A stretch of DNA of 64,000 bases, taken from the NCBI GenBank assembly GCA_965218795.1, contig OZ244653.1, positions 3,488,001 through 3,552,000 of the forward strand, written 5' to 3'. Both the position numbers and the translations under genes were made by a program. Below the pieces are notes generated by a model that was given only the letters and a program-made list of their open reading frames with translations, was not told where the DNA came from and did not search any database. This DNA comes from a bacterium (lineage in GTDB: Bacteria > UBA8248 > JACPRG01 > G963555815). Shown here one piece after another: positions 28,537 through 38,838 of the stretch (within the stretch, counting starts at the first letter, position 1; each line of letters opens with the position of its first letter).

Positions 28537-29979
28537 TTGGATACCGATCGGTTCGTTTCCGAGCTACGAGAGGTCGTCGGAGAAGAATACGTCTTCTCAG
28601 AACCGGAAGAACTGCTGACCTATGAATGTGATGCCCTGAGCATCTTCACCAATCTGCCGGTGGCGGTAGTCCTTCCCAAGACGACGGCGGAGGTTCAGGG
28701 TGTTTTGCGCGCGGCGGTCCGGCACAGCGCCTCCATTGTTCCCCGAGGGGCCGGAACAGGCCTGAGCGGCGGCGCGCTTCCCCACGAAAAGGGGGTATTG
28801 ATCGGGTTCGGCAGGATGAGCCGGATACTGGAAATCGACCTTCCGAATCGCCGGGCCGTCGTGCAGCCCGGCGTTGTCAATCTCCACCTCTCCCAGGCGG
28901 TCCAGGCGGACGGATATTATTACGCGCCCGACCCTTCCAGCCAGGCCGCTTGCACCATTGGGGGAAACGCCGCAGAGAACTCCGGCGGGCCACATTGTCT
29001 GAAATACGGGGTGACCACCAATCACATCCTGGGAATCGAGATGGTTCTTCCCGACGGCGAGGTCGTCGAATTGGGGGGAGAAGTGGAAGACAGCCCGGGT
29101 CTCGATCTCCGGGGCTTCGCCATCGGATCGGAGGGGACCCTGGGTGTCATCACGAAGATTATCGTCCGCCTCCTGCCTTTGCCCGAAGGGGTGAAGACAA
29201 TGGTTGCGGTTTTCAACTCCATGGAGTGCGCCTGCGATGCGGTCTCCGATATCATTGCCGACGGTCTTGTGCCGGCCGCGTTGGAAATGATGGACCGTCA
29301 CACCATTCAGGTCGTGGAGAAGGCGGTCGGGAGTGGCTTTCCGCAAACCGCGGCGGCGGTCTTGCTCATCGAGTTGGACGGGCCCGTGGCCGGGATGGAG
29401 GAGTGGATACGATCGATCGAGACCCATTGCCGCAGAAATGATGCGACCCGGTTTCGGGTTGCGCAGTCCGAGGAGGAACGGGCCAGGCTATGGGCCGGCC
29501 GAAAGAAGGCCTTTGGCGCCTTTGGTCAGGTCAGCCCGAATTTTTATTGCCTGGACGGCACCGTTCCGAGAAGCCGGATTGCAGAGTCCATCAGGCGCAT
29601 CGAGGAAATCAGCCGCAACTATGAGCTTCCCATCGCCAACGTATTTCACGCGGGCGACGGTAACCTCCACCCGCTGATCCTGTTCGATGATCGCAAGCCG
29701 GGGGAAACGGACCGGGTCATCGAGGCAGGCTCGAAGATCCTTCACATGTGCGTCGAGCTGGGCGGTTCACTCAGCGGAGAGCATGGGGTCGGTATCGAAA
29801 AAATGATGGATACCCCCGTTCAGTTCAGCGAGCAGGCGCTTGATACGATGAAGCGTGTCAAGGCGGTATTCGACCCGGAAGGACGCTGCAACCCCGCCAA
29901 GGTGTTTCCCACGCCCGGCCGTTGCGGGGAGGTTCGCGGTGCGGCGCAACGGCGTCTGCCCGCCGGCGTCTGGATTTGA
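28537..29979 (+). CDS. glcD: Glycolate oxidase FAD subunit
   Basis: PRGAGTGLSGG, APDPSSQAACTIGGN, GPHCLKYG, FHAGDGNLHP, GEHGVG. Confidence 0.92.
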   Translation: MDTDRFVSELREVVGEEYVFSEPEELLTYECDALSIFTNLPVAVVLPKTTAEVQGVLRAAVRHSASIVPRGAGTGLSGGALPHEKGVLIGFGRMSRILEIDLPNRRAVVQPGVVNLHLSQAVQADGYYYAPDPSSQAACTIGGNAAENSGGPHCLKYGVTTNHILGIEMVLPDGEVVELGGEVEDSPGLDLRGFAIGSEGTLGVITKIIVRLLPLPEGVKTMVAVFNSMECACDAVSDIIADGLVPAALEMMDRHTIQVVEKAVGSGFPQTAAAVLLIELDGPVAGMEEWIRSIETHCRRNDATRFRVAQSEEERARLWAGRKKAFGAFGQVSPNFYCLDGTVPRSRIAESIRRIEEISRNYELPIANVFHAGDGNLHPLILFDDRKPGETDRVIEAGSKILHMCVELGGSLSGEHGVGIEKMMDTPVQFSEQALDTMKRVKAVFDPEGRCNPAKVFPTPGRCGEVRGAAQRRLPAGVWI

Positions 29980-30015
29980 CGATGCCCGTCTTTGCTATTG
30001 CGGAAAGGATCGCTG

Positions 30016-31386
30016 ATGGGCGCCCCCAATGAAGCCGCTCAAAGGGTAAGGGAACTCCTCGGACCCGAACGGGTGCGCGACGGGAAGGAGGATCCTTTTT
30101 ATGCTTTCAATGGAGTTTCGCCGCGTCTGATCCTGTACCCTGAACGGCCAGATGAACTGTCGGCCCTTGTCATGGAGGCCAACGCCGCGAGGCTCAGCCT
30201 GATTCCCTGGGGCGGGGGCACAAAGCAGCATCACGGGTATTTCCCAAAGAATTACGATTGGGTGGTCGATCTGGGCCGCTTGCAGGGTGTTTCCGAACAT
30301 CAGGAAGCGGATTTTGTTGTCTCCTTCCACGCAGGCACGACGCTCAGGGCGGCAAATGATTTCTTGCGAAAGAGCGATCAGTTTCTTCCGCTGGATCCAC
30401 TCGAGGGAGACACAGCGACTCTTGGCGGGATATGCGCCGCCAACGCCAGCGGTCCGTTGCGTCTGGGGTACGGAACCCCCCGGGACTTAGTGTTGGGAAT
30501 GGAAGTCGTCATGGCGGACGGAACGCCTGTTCGCTTCGGAGCGAAAGTCGTCAAGAGCGTCGCTGGATTCGATTTGAACAAGCTTTATATCGGCTCCCAG
30601 GGCACATTAGGGTTTATCTCCGAAGTCACACTGAAAACCTATTCCCTCCGAATCGGCGAAGGAGCGCTTCTTGCGGGATTTGAAGAGGCCGGGGCCGCGC
30701 AATCGGCCGCAACCCGGATCCTGTCTGACCGAACCCTGCCGGTGGCCCTGGAATGGCTGACGGGTGAAGAAATGGTCAACGATGAGATTTCGGGCGGGCT
30801 CTCGGATTCCAGGAACATTCTTCTGGTCAGCTATCGGGACAACGAGCAAGGCGTCTTGGGCCAGTTGGACAAAGCCGGGGCGGCCTGCCGGGAATGCGCG
30901 GCCAAGGGAATGGCGAAGCTTGGAGTCGAGGACGCCCAGGTATTCAGAGAGTCGCTGAGCCGAAATGGGCCGTTTCACGCTTCGGCCCGGTGGGACGGGT
31001 TTGTCTGCCGCATGGGGGTGCCATTGACCCGCGTGGGAGAGACGATCGAGCGGTCTCGCGCCATCGGTTGCCAGGACGGGTTTCGGGTTTGGGGGCAGGC
31101 ACAGGCCGGGAACGGGATCATCCGGCTCGGATTCGGTTGGCCGGAAGGTGATTGTGCCCTTCCCACAGACAAAGCCGGGCGCGCCGTCAAGGATCTGCAG
31201 AAAGCCGCTGGGCTCGTTGGCGGGTACGCAGTGATTGAGACTCGATCGCAGGAGTTGCGGGAAAAGCTGGCTCTGTTCGACGAAGAGAGAGTGGAGAAAA
31301 CCGTTTTCCAATTGATGCAAAAGGCAAAACAGGCATTGGATCCTGAAGGCATCATGAATCCCGGCCGGTTTTTCGGAAAAATATGA
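30016..31386 (+). CDS. glcE: Glycolate oxidase FAD-binding subunit
   Basis: GGGTK, ATLGG...NASGPLR, VVKSVAGFDL and DPEGIMNPGR; lies between glcD and glcF. Confidence 0.88.
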   Translation: MGAPNEAAQRVRELLGPERVRDGKEDPFYAFNGVSPRLILYPERPDELSALVMEANAARLSLIPWGGGTKQHHGYFPKNYDWVVDLGRLQGVSEHQEADFVVSFHAGTTLRAANDFLRKSDQFLPLDPLEGDTATLGGICAANASGPLRLGYGTPRDLVLGMEVVMADGTPVRFGAKVVKSVAGFDLNKLYIGSQGTLGFISEVTLKTYSLRIGEGALLAGFEEAGAAQSAATRILSDRTLPVALEWLTGEEMVNDEISGGLSDSRNILLVSYRDNEQGVLGQLDKAGAACRECAAKGMAKLGVEDAQVFRESLSRNGPFHASARWDGFVCRMGVPLTRVGETIERSRAIGCQDGFRVWGQAQAGNGIIRLGFGWPEGDCALPTDKAGRAVKDLQKAAGLVGGYAVIETRSQELREKLALFDEERVEKTVFQLMQKAKQALDPEGIMNPGRFFGKI

Positions 31387-31432
31387 AGCTTTCGAATGAA
31401 CGAGTACGGACCTTGTAGAAGACGAGTCACAA

Positions 31433-32794
31433 ATGACAGCCGAGACATCCCTGGAAAAAATGCACCCGGCTGAACCGGGAAGGAAAGGATCCCTGGGGGA
31501 ATCCCCCGCGATGGACCGGCTGCTGGACTGTATCCATTGCGGGCTTTGTCTAAGCTTTTGTCCGACCTATTCCGAGCTTGGCAATGAGATGGATTCTCCC
31601 CGAGGGCGGATCTATCTCATGCGGGCGGCGGAAGAGGGGCGCATCGCCTATACCCCGACGGTCCGAAAGCACATCGACAGCTGTCTGGGTTGTCTGGCCT
31701 GTGAAACGGCCTGTCCTTCCGGCGTTCAATATCACAGCCTCATCGAGGCCGCCCGCACGAAGGTCGAGGCCGCCCGGGAGAACGAGGGCGGGCGAAGCCG
31801 GATTCGCAACTTCGCACTCCGGCGGCTCCTTCCCCATGCCGGTCGCCTGTCGGCCGTCGGCATCCTTCTCGGGTTCTACCGAAGCAGCGGGATGCAGTGG
31901 TTTCTTCGGAGCAGCGGGGTGCTGGATCGACTGGGTCGGCTCGGGGAGTTCGAAGCACTCTCCCCAGCCGCGACGCCGAGGTCCGTGATCCGGAAGGTGG
32001 ATCAAGGGTCTCCGGAAGGGGAGTCCGGCCGGCCGTCCACGGCGCTATTGACGGGATGTGTGATGCGGTTCGCCTTCGGCCATATCAACCTGGCGACCGT
32101 TCGAGCTCTTGCGGAGAATGGACATCCGGTCCTTGTGCCAAAGGGCCAGGTCTGTTGCGGTGCGCTTCACGGCCATTCCGGTGATCGGGGAACCGCCAGG
32201 GAGCTCGCCCGGAAGAACATCGATATTTTCACGAGTTCCGGGGCCGACTATGTGATTACCAATTCGGCCGGGTGTGGATCGATGATGAAGGAGTATGGCG
32301 AGCTCCTGGCCGGCGATCCGAAATATGGAGAAAAAGCCGAGCGGTTCTCTGCGAAAGTGCGGGATATCACGGAATTTCTGGTGGAGCAGGGGTTCCGCGC
32401 TCCATCCGCGCCTGTGGGGACGGACGCTCAGGGACCGCTGCCGGTCACCTATCACGAGGCCTGCCACCTCGCGCACGGTCAGAAGGTGCGCAATCCCCCG
32501 CGGGAGATTCTCCGGGCAATTCCCGGCGTTGAGATCCGCGAGCTGGCCGAATCCGATTGGTGTTGCGGCAGCGCGGGCATTTACAATCTGACACAACCCG
32601 AGATGGCCAAACGTCTATTGAGGCGGAAGATCGGACACATTACGAAGACCGGCGCTTCCGTGGTCGCGACCGGAAATCCGGGCTGTATCATCCAGATTGA
32701 AAGCGGGCTCCAGCGGAAAGGGGTCGAGGTTCTGCACCCTGTTGAGTTGTTGGCCCGCGCGTATGAGCGGGAAGCGGGTCGCCGGGATGCGTGA
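31433..32794 (+). CDS. glcF: Glycolate oxidase Fe-S subunit
   Basis: CIHCGLCLSFCPTY, CLGCLACETACPSGV, two CCG domains, NSAGCG, NPGC. Confidence 0.92.
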   Translation: MTAETSLEKMHPAEPGRKGSLGESPAMDRLLDCIHCGLCLSFCPTYSELGNEMDSPRGRIYLMRAAEEGRIAYTPTVRKHIDSCLGCLACETACPSGVQYHSLIEAARTKVEAARENEGGRSRIRNFALRRLLPHAGRLSAVGILLGFYRSSGMQWFLRSSGVLDRLGRLGEFEALSPAATPRSVIRKVDQGSPEGESGRPSTALLTGCVMRFAFGHINLATVRALAENGHPVLVPKGQVCCGALHGHSGDRGTARELARKNIDIFTSSGADYVITNSAGCGSMMKEYGELLAGDPKYGEKAERFSAKVRDITEFLVEQGFRAPSAPVGTDAQGPLPVTYHEACHLAHGQKVRNPPREILRAIPGVEIRELAESDWCCGSAGIYNLTQPEMAKRLLRRKIGHITKTGASVVATGNPGCIIQIESGLQRKGVEVLHPVELLARAYEREAGRRDA

Positions 32795-32901
32795 TCGGGA
32801 AATCGCGCAGGCCTCCTGCGCCGCTTGCTGATGGAGATCGTTCTACGCAACGGGGGGCGATACGTCATTCCCTTCCGGGATTCACGTTTCAGGGGTTTGG
32901 G

Positions 32902-33408
32902 GTGAATACGACCCTTCGATTTTTCTACAATCTTTCGTTGGCGACGTGGCTCGGTATCACGGTCTTTTTTTTGGCCGTCACAGCGGCCCTTTTCAACCGG
33001 ATGCCCGACGTGGCCGGCCGGGTCGCGAGCCTCGCCCTGCCGCTGTATTTCCAAGCGGGGGACATCTGTGCGCTGTTCGCCCTGGTGTCCGTCACCCTTC
33101 TGGCTCTCGCTGTGTGGAAGGACTTTTCCACCGTCAAAAAGGTGACGCCGATCGTCCTTATCGTGCTGATGGCCGGATTGAATACCTATGGCGGTTGGGT
33201 TGTTTTGCCGGCGGCGCGGGAAGCGCGAATTGAGCTCCATGAGAATCAGAAGGCGGGTACGGCACGAACCTCCGAGCAAAAGGCGGCGCTGGAAAAAACC
33301 CGAAACCGGTTTCAGCGTCTTCACCGTCTGTCGACTCAGCTCTTCGGTGTCGTTTTCTTCCTGATTGGGGCGACGATCATCTTCTCTTCCTTCGTCCTCA
33401 GGATATAA
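32902..33408 (+). CDS. DUF4149/TMEM205-like membrane protein
   Basis: Four hydrophobic helices, WLG...FF, AGRV...LPLYF and RFQRLHRLS. Confidence 0.75.
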   Translation: MNTTLRFFYNLSLATWLGITVFFLAVTAALFNRMPDVAGRVASLALPLYFQAGDICALFALVSVTLLALAVWKDFSTVKKVTPIVLIVLMAGLNTYGGWVVLPAAREARIELHENQKAGTARTSEQKAALEKTRNRFQRLHRLSTQLFGVVFFLIGATIIFSSFVLRI

Positions 33409-33524
33409 TCCGGTCCTTCCGGTTGCACAGTGCCTTGGTCGATCCGGCTACCGGGTGATCGGCCCCGCCCCCGGCATCTATCCGATCGAAATCCGACCTT
33501 CCGGACGGGCGTGGGAGAGGATCG

Positions 33525-34307
33525 ATGCGTTTGAAAGATCAGACCGCTCTTGTGACGGGCTCGGCGAGCGGGATCGGGAAGTCGATTGCGGTGGCATACG
33601 CCCGAGAAGGGGCCGGCGTCGCCGTTGCAGATTGGAACGCCGAAGGGGCCGAACAAACGTCTGAAGCGATCCGGTCGTCCGGTGGAGTTTCAATGCCTGT
33701 GGCGATGGATGTGACGGACGAGAAGTCCGTCGAGGACGGGATAGCGTCCGTCCTGCGTGCGTACGGACGGCTCGATGTGATGGTCAGCAATGCCGGCGTT
33801 CAGCACATCGACGCGGTCGTCGACCTCCCCTTCGATGACTGGAAGCGTGTCCTGGCCGTGCATCTGGATGGAGCGTTCTTGACCACGCGGGCGGCCATGC
33901 GCCACATGGTCGAGACGGGCCGGGGAGGAACGGTTCTCTATATGGGGTCCGTCCATTCCAAAGCGGCCTCTCCGCTCAAGGCGCCGTATATCACAGCCAA
34001 GCACGGTCTGCTGGGCCTCTGCCGGACGGTGGCCCGGGAGGGGGCTGCTCACGGGATCCGATCGAACGTCATTTGTCCGGGCTTTGTGCGCACGCCTCTG
34101 GTGGACAGGCAGATCCCCGAGCAGGCGGCCGAGCTGGGAATCAGCGAGGAAGAGGTCGTCCGGGACGTCATGCTTCGGCACACGGTGGACGGTGAATTCA
34201 CGACCACGGCGGACGTCGCGGAGATTGCGGTCTTTCTCGCTGCTTTTCCATCGAATGCCTTGACGGGTCAGGCGGTCATCGCAAGCCACGGCTGGCACAT
34301 GGAGTAA
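33525..34307 (+). CDS. 3-hydroxybutyrate dehydrogenase (SDR)
   Basis: TGSASGIG, NAGVQH, GSVHS, YITAKHG, ICPGFVRTPLVDRQI and SHGWHM. Confidence 0.92.
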   Translation: MRLKDQTALVTGSASGIGKSIAVAYAREGAGVAVADWNAEGAEQTSEAIRSSGGVSMPVAMDVTDEKSVEDGIASVLRAYGRLDVMVSNAGVQHIDAVVDLPFDDWKRVLAVHLDGAFLTTRAAMRHMVETGRGGTVLYMGSVHSKAASPLKAPYITAKHGLLGLCRTVAREGAAHGIRSNVICPGFVRTPLVDRQIPEQAAELGISEEEVVRDVMLRHTVDGEFTTTADVAEIAVFLAAFPSNALTGQAVIASHGWHME

Positions 34308-34318
34308 CATTTCCTCCC

Positions 34319-34356
34319 TCGTTCTCGGCCGGGGCTGGTCGCAAGGCCGAGAACGA
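34319..34356. terminator. Strong hairpin after the SDR gene, possible terminator
   Basis: TCGTTCTCGGCC...GGCCGAGAACGA 12-bp stem; no U-tract on the + strand. Confidence 0.4.
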
Positions 34357-34511
34357 AAACCGGCCTCAGGCCAAGATTGACACTCCCGGAATCCCTATGG
34401 GATCATTTTTCGGTTCAGGGTGGACGGTTCGGATACCGGTCCCGGAGTCCCTGGAATGTGCCGATTTTTCCTAAGGATTGGAGGCGGATTTTGCAGGGGA
34501 CCATTTCAACC

Positions 34512-34883
34512 ATGTGGAACAGGATTCTTCTCGCTTCCGGGCTTGCCGTCCTGGTTGTTGCCCTGGGCGGTTGCCAAACGATTCCGGAGGGTTACCGCAG
34601 GGATTTTCTGCCGGCCCCGAATGCCGGCTATCGCATTACCGATGAATCCGCATCCGGGTTCGATCTGGAAGTGTATTATTTCGAGCGTGGGGTTTTCCTG
34701 AAGCGGGACAAGCTGGTTGCAGACGCCAAATCAACGTACGTTCAGATTGCAGCCTGGCTTTCCTCCCGCATCGGCAGGACGCCCAGGAACATTTCCAGGC
34801 AGGACCTCAATGTGAGGTTCAGCCGGGGTCTGATGGACGGCCTGCATGAAGTGTATGTTATCGGTAAGGTGGTGTACCGATAG
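34512..34883 (+). CDS. Small hypothetical lipoprotein
   Basis: Signal peptide ending in LGGC; TTGACA at 34377 upstream. Confidence 0.65.
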   Translation: MWNRILLASGLAVLVVALGGCQTIPEGYRRDFLPAPNAGYRITDESASGFDLEVYYFERGVFLKRDKLVADAKSTYVQIAAWLSSRIGRTPRNISRQDLNVRFSRGLMDGLHEVYVIGKVVYR

Positions 34884-35023
34884 GAGGAATTGAAACCGGA
34901 AGGTTCAGGCGTGACGGGTCGCTCCATCGATGATTCGGGGAGGGCCTTGAAGCTGGAGGCGGTACTGCGGCGGCGAACGGCTCCCGGTGATTTTCCGGAG
35001 GCCCGTTTCTCCGGAGGCATCCC

Positions 35024-35578
35024 ATGACGCATCAGCGCCCGTTCATCAGAAAAAAGAAGATTTCACGGGAGCACCCGCTACGCAAATTCCTGTTTCGGAT
35101 GACGGCCTCGAGCTTCGAGACAGTGGGGCTTCCCGACGGGGAAGTGATTCGCTACGTGACCGACGTTCTGGTGGACTTCGCCCATGTGGACAACATTTAC
35201 AGGTTCCGGGTCGCGCCGTCCAAGGCGCACGCCCGACGCCTGGGCGATTTGATTGACGAGTTGGAGGAAGTCAGCCGTCGGGGCCTTTGGCCCGAACCAG
35301 AGATTCAAAGGCACATCGGAGACTCCTGCCTCTTCTTCACGGGGATTTATCCGGATGCTTTGGGGCGCGACCGTTACTGTCCCGACCCGCGGGCCTTCGT
35401 CCAGCAGGGAATCGACGCTTACCAGTGGGTTTCCGAGTATGAAGCCGTCGGGCCGTCGGCCCAGCTGTTTCGGAAACTCTCCAGCGTTTTCGAAGAATGT
35501 GTGGACGCCCTTCACGTCGAAAGGGAATTCCTCCACGATCCTTTTTATCAATACCTGATGCGCCAATGGGATGAGTGA
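35024..35578 (+). CDS. Conserved hypothetical helical protein
   Basis: GGAGG RBS; RHIGDSCLFFTGIYP motif. Confidence 0.75.
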   Translation: MTHQRPFIRKKKISREHPLRKFLFRMTASSFETVGLPDGEVIRYVTDVLVDFAHVDNIYRFRVAPSKAHARRLGDLIDELEEVSRRGLWPEPEIQRHIGDSCLFFTGIYPDALGRDRYCPDPRAFVQQGIDAYQWVSEYEAVGPSAQLFRKLSSVFEECVDALHVEREFLHDPFYQYLMRQWDE

Positions 35579-35694
35579 GGGGGATCGGCGTACATCGACT
35601 GGCTTGGCTTCTTTGAGCCTGCCGTGTTCTCCTTTCCGGTTCGAGGGCGGGTTCCTTCCGGTTGGAGTCCGCACCACATGGATCTGATGTTGAC

Positions 35695-36543
35695 ATGCAG
35701 TCCGCCGCCGCCCGATCGCTGGAATATTGCCGTAAGCTGACGCGCCGCAGCGGCTCAAACTTTTTCTATTCTTTTCTCTTTTTGCCGAAGCCCCGCCGTG
35801 AAGCCATCTATGCCGTGTACGCTTTCTCCCGCGCGGTGGATGACTTGGTCGATGAGATGGAGGACCCGGCCGAGACGGCGGAGAATCTGGCCGAATGGCG
35901 GCGCGAGGTCGAGCGGATGGCGGAGGGACAGGCCACTCATCCGATTGCCGTGCAAATGGGAGCGGCCGCGCGCGCCTTCGACATTCCGAAAGAGCTGCCG
36001 ATCGCGCTGATCGACGGCTGCGAGATGGACCTTCGGAACCGCCGCTATGACACCTTCGATGATTTGTACGGCTACTGCTACCACGTGGCGTCGGTCATCG
36101 GGCTCATGTGTATCGAGGTGTTCGGCTATCAGACGGAAAAGGCCAAACGCTACGCCGAAAAGCTGGGGGTCGCCTTTCAGCTGACCAACATCCTCCGGGA
36201 CGTGAAAAACGACGCGGAGCGGGGTCGGATCTATCTGCCCCGCGAAGATCTGGAGCGTTTTGGGTACGCCGATGCGGACGTTCTGGGATCCGTATACGAC
36301 GAGCGGTTCGTCTCACTGATGGAGTTTCAGTGCCGGCGGGCTGAACGGTTCTACGAGGAAGCCCGCGAAGCCCTCGCCCCGGAGGACCGGCCCTCCATGT
36401 TGGCGGCCGAAATCATGGGCGGCATTTATCGGCGGATCCTCCGGGAGATCGAGAAGGCCCGCTACGATGTGTACAACCATTTCGTCTCACTGCCCCGCCA
36501 TCAAAAACTGTGGATTGCGCTGCGAGTCTGGGCGGCCCATTGA
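35695..36543 (+). CDS. hpnD: Presqualene diphosphate synthase (squalene/phytoene synthase family)
   Basis: SGSNFFYSFLFLP, RAVDDLVD, YCYHVAS, FQLTNILRDV, RGRIYLP. Confidence 0.85.
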   Translation: MQSAAARSLEYCRKLTRRSGSNFFYSFLFLPKPRREAIYAVYAFSRAVDDLVDEMEDPAETAENLAEWRREVERMAEGQATHPIAVQMGAAARAFDIPKELPIALIDGCEMDLRNRRYDTFDDLYGYCYHVASVIGLMCIEVFGYQTEKAKRYAEKLGVAFQLTNILRDVKNDAERGRIYLPREDLERFGYADADVLGSVYDERFVSLMEFQCRRAERFYEEAREALAPEDRPSMLAAEIMGGIYRRILREIEKARYDVYNHFVSLPRHQKLWIALRVWAAH

Positions 36544-36579
36544 TCGGCCGGCCGATTTCTGCGAGGGCGGCCCGGCGCC

Positions 36580-37791
36580 TTAGGCCTCGATGAATTCGAT
36601 GGTCCGCTTCGAGAGCCGCCGCGCTCCAGCCTCCGTGACGGCCACCGTATCCCCCACGGGAATTCCGACCTGATCATCGGGCGAGGTGCAGATGGGCTGG
36701 ATGGCAAGGATCATGTTCGCCTGGATGACGGTGTCTTCGGCCTCCACGCGGGATGAGCCGGGGAAACCCGAGTGCGCTTCATCCGTCCAGACCGGAACCT
36801 CGATGTTCGCAAGGCCCATTCCATGGATCGGCACGCGGGACCATCCGTATCCGGCCTCTTTGATGGGCTCCGTCAGGGCGCGGCACATCTCGCTCATCCG
36901 GACGCCGGGGCGCAGAGTCGCCAGCCCGTTCTCGAATGCCGCATACGCAAACTGATACATCCGCATCAACTCGTCCGCCGGTTTTCCCACGCACACCGGC
37001 TGGTGGGGATGGGCGTAGTAGCCACAGTACTTGGGGCTGATCTCATTGATGACGACGTCCCCTTGATTCAGCTTGATGTCGGGCGCGGCGTAGACTGCGT
37101 GCTGAGGCATCGGGGCCGCGTCCCACAGGAGCATGGTCGGCGGCTCGGAGCCGTTGGCCAGCATCACCCGGACCATCTCCCCGTAGACCTCCGCCTGGGA
37201 TACGCCGGGCCTGGAAGAGCGGCCCATCGCCTCGATGGCCAGATCGCCGATCTCGGCCGCGCGGGTATGGCATTCGATCTCCTCCTCGCTCTTGATCCAC
37301 CGAAGTTTCTCGATGATGTCCGTCGCGTTCAACAACGTGGCTTCGGGCAGGGTCTTCTCAACGTCGAGATAGGCGCCGTGGGAGAAGATGCCCTCGGGCT
37401 CGCGCTCTCCCGGCAGCCCCACGATTCCGATCCGGCCCGTACCGTATCCCAGCTCTTTGACGCGCTCCCCGCAAGCGGCGGCGCCAAAGGGCCAGCCCCC
37501 GCCGCGTACGTCCTTGACCCAGCTCTGCTGTTTTTGCACCGACCACAACGCCGCCGGGGGAAACCAGAGAAACACTGTGGGCTCGCCCTCCTTGGGAAAG
37601 ACGCAGTATCCTTCATGGCCGTTGACCCCGGTGACGTAGCGGAGATCGCCCATGAATCCGTACCAGAAACCCGAATGGCCCCGGATGATCAGGGCGTCGA
37701 TTTCCCGCTCGGCCATGGTTCGGCGAATCCCTTCCCATCTCCGGTCCCGCTCCGCGATCGATAGATGCGGGTAACCGTGCTTGATCTCCAT
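36580..37791 (-). CDS. M24 peptidase / creatinase-fold protein
   Basis: ERDRRW, DLRYVTG, LRWIKSEEEI, IHGMGL and VGDTVAVT...RRLS; GGAGG RBS. Confidence 0.85.
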   Translation of the reverse strand: MEIKHGYPHLSIAERDRRWEGIRRTMAEREIDALIIRGHSGFWYGFMGDLRYVTGVNGHEGYCVFPKEGEPTVFLWFPPAALWSVQKQQSWVKDVRGGGWPFGAAACGERVKELGYGTGRIGIVGLPGEREPEGIFSHGAYLDVEKTLPEATLLNATDIIEKLRWIKSEEEIECHTRAAEIGDLAIEAMGRSSRPGVSQAEVYGEMVRVMLANGSEPPTMLLWDAAPMPQHAVYAAPDIKLNQGDVVINEISPKYCGYYAHPHQPVCVGKPADELMRMYQFAYAAFENGLATLRPGVRMSEMCRALTEPIKEAGYGWSRVPIHGMGLANIEVPVWTDEAHSGFPGSSRVEAEDTVIQANMILAIQPICTSPDDQVGIPVGDTVAVTEAGARRLSKRTIEFIEA

Positions 37792-38138
37792 AGGCCGCCT
37801 CCCGATGTGTGACGTATCTCCCCAAAAAGGCCTGACCCCCATCAGGGGGCATTCACCTTGAGTTTTCCAGCGCCTTTTGCCGCAGGATGGACGGCTCGGG
37901 GTGATTTGGAAGTGGTGACGATACACCGGAGACACCCTGATCCGCAACAAACGGGAAGATCCCGTTCAATGAGAGGCGACAGAAGGGGTGTGTTGGGTGT
38001 TCATGCAGCGACCTTCACAGATCGCGCGTGGCCGTAAAAGGAGCTGAATATCTCAAATCCAAACAAGATACAAAGCAGAACTTGGGGAAGGCTCTTTCGT
38101 CTTCGGTTTGTGGTCGATGACTTTCGGGACATTTCTTA

Positions 38139-38838
38139 TCATTCAATCGAATGAGCCTTTGGAGAAACAGTCGCCAGCGCAAGCGAGAGAATGGCTGCTT
38201 TCTGATCGAATTGATGATGAAAGAAGAGGTAAACGAGAGGCAGCGAAATCACACCGGCCAGGAATGCGGGAAGCCTTATCGCCCACTCTTGCTCCCCAAA
38301 TACCCCAGTGAAAATATGAACCAGGAGAGAGTGGAAAACGTGATTGTTGGGAACGTGGTAATTGGTCAGAAGAGTTCTCAGCCCCCGAGACGAAAAGTAA
38401 TAATGTGTATAGGCCTCGTCAAAGTTCCTTATCGGATCATCCAGAAAGTAAGCCCTCAGTAAGACACCGGCAGTAAACACACCGACAACCACGGCTTTCT
38501 CACTCCGCCTTGTGCCCTGCCAAACCTGGAGAACATAGCTTAGGAAATCATTGATTAAGCGGCGAAAGGAACCCAGAAAATCATTGAGATATGAAGCCAG
38601 ACGTCCTTTGAAAAAGATAATACAGGTTGCCGCCAGGAAAAACCCCAGTGGGACAACACCTCCGAGCCTGCCAAACGCATCGAACCTTTGACGTGTGAAT
38701 ATGTCGGCACTGTTGTCCCTGGCAAAGGAGTCGACAATCGGTTTAATGGTTTCGAAAGAAAAAAAGGGATAGCAGGAAGAGCGTAAAGCCGAACAGGACA
38801 ATTAAAACAACTACACTATTCAGTAACGTTCTCACCAA
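38139..38838 (-). pseudogene. Truncated GT-C (ArnT/PMT-like) membrane glycosyltransferase
   Basis: FDEAYT, NNHVFHSLL and EWAIRLPAFLAG. Frameshift in the A/T run near 38760, 3' truncation, AT-richer DNA. Confidence 0.7.
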
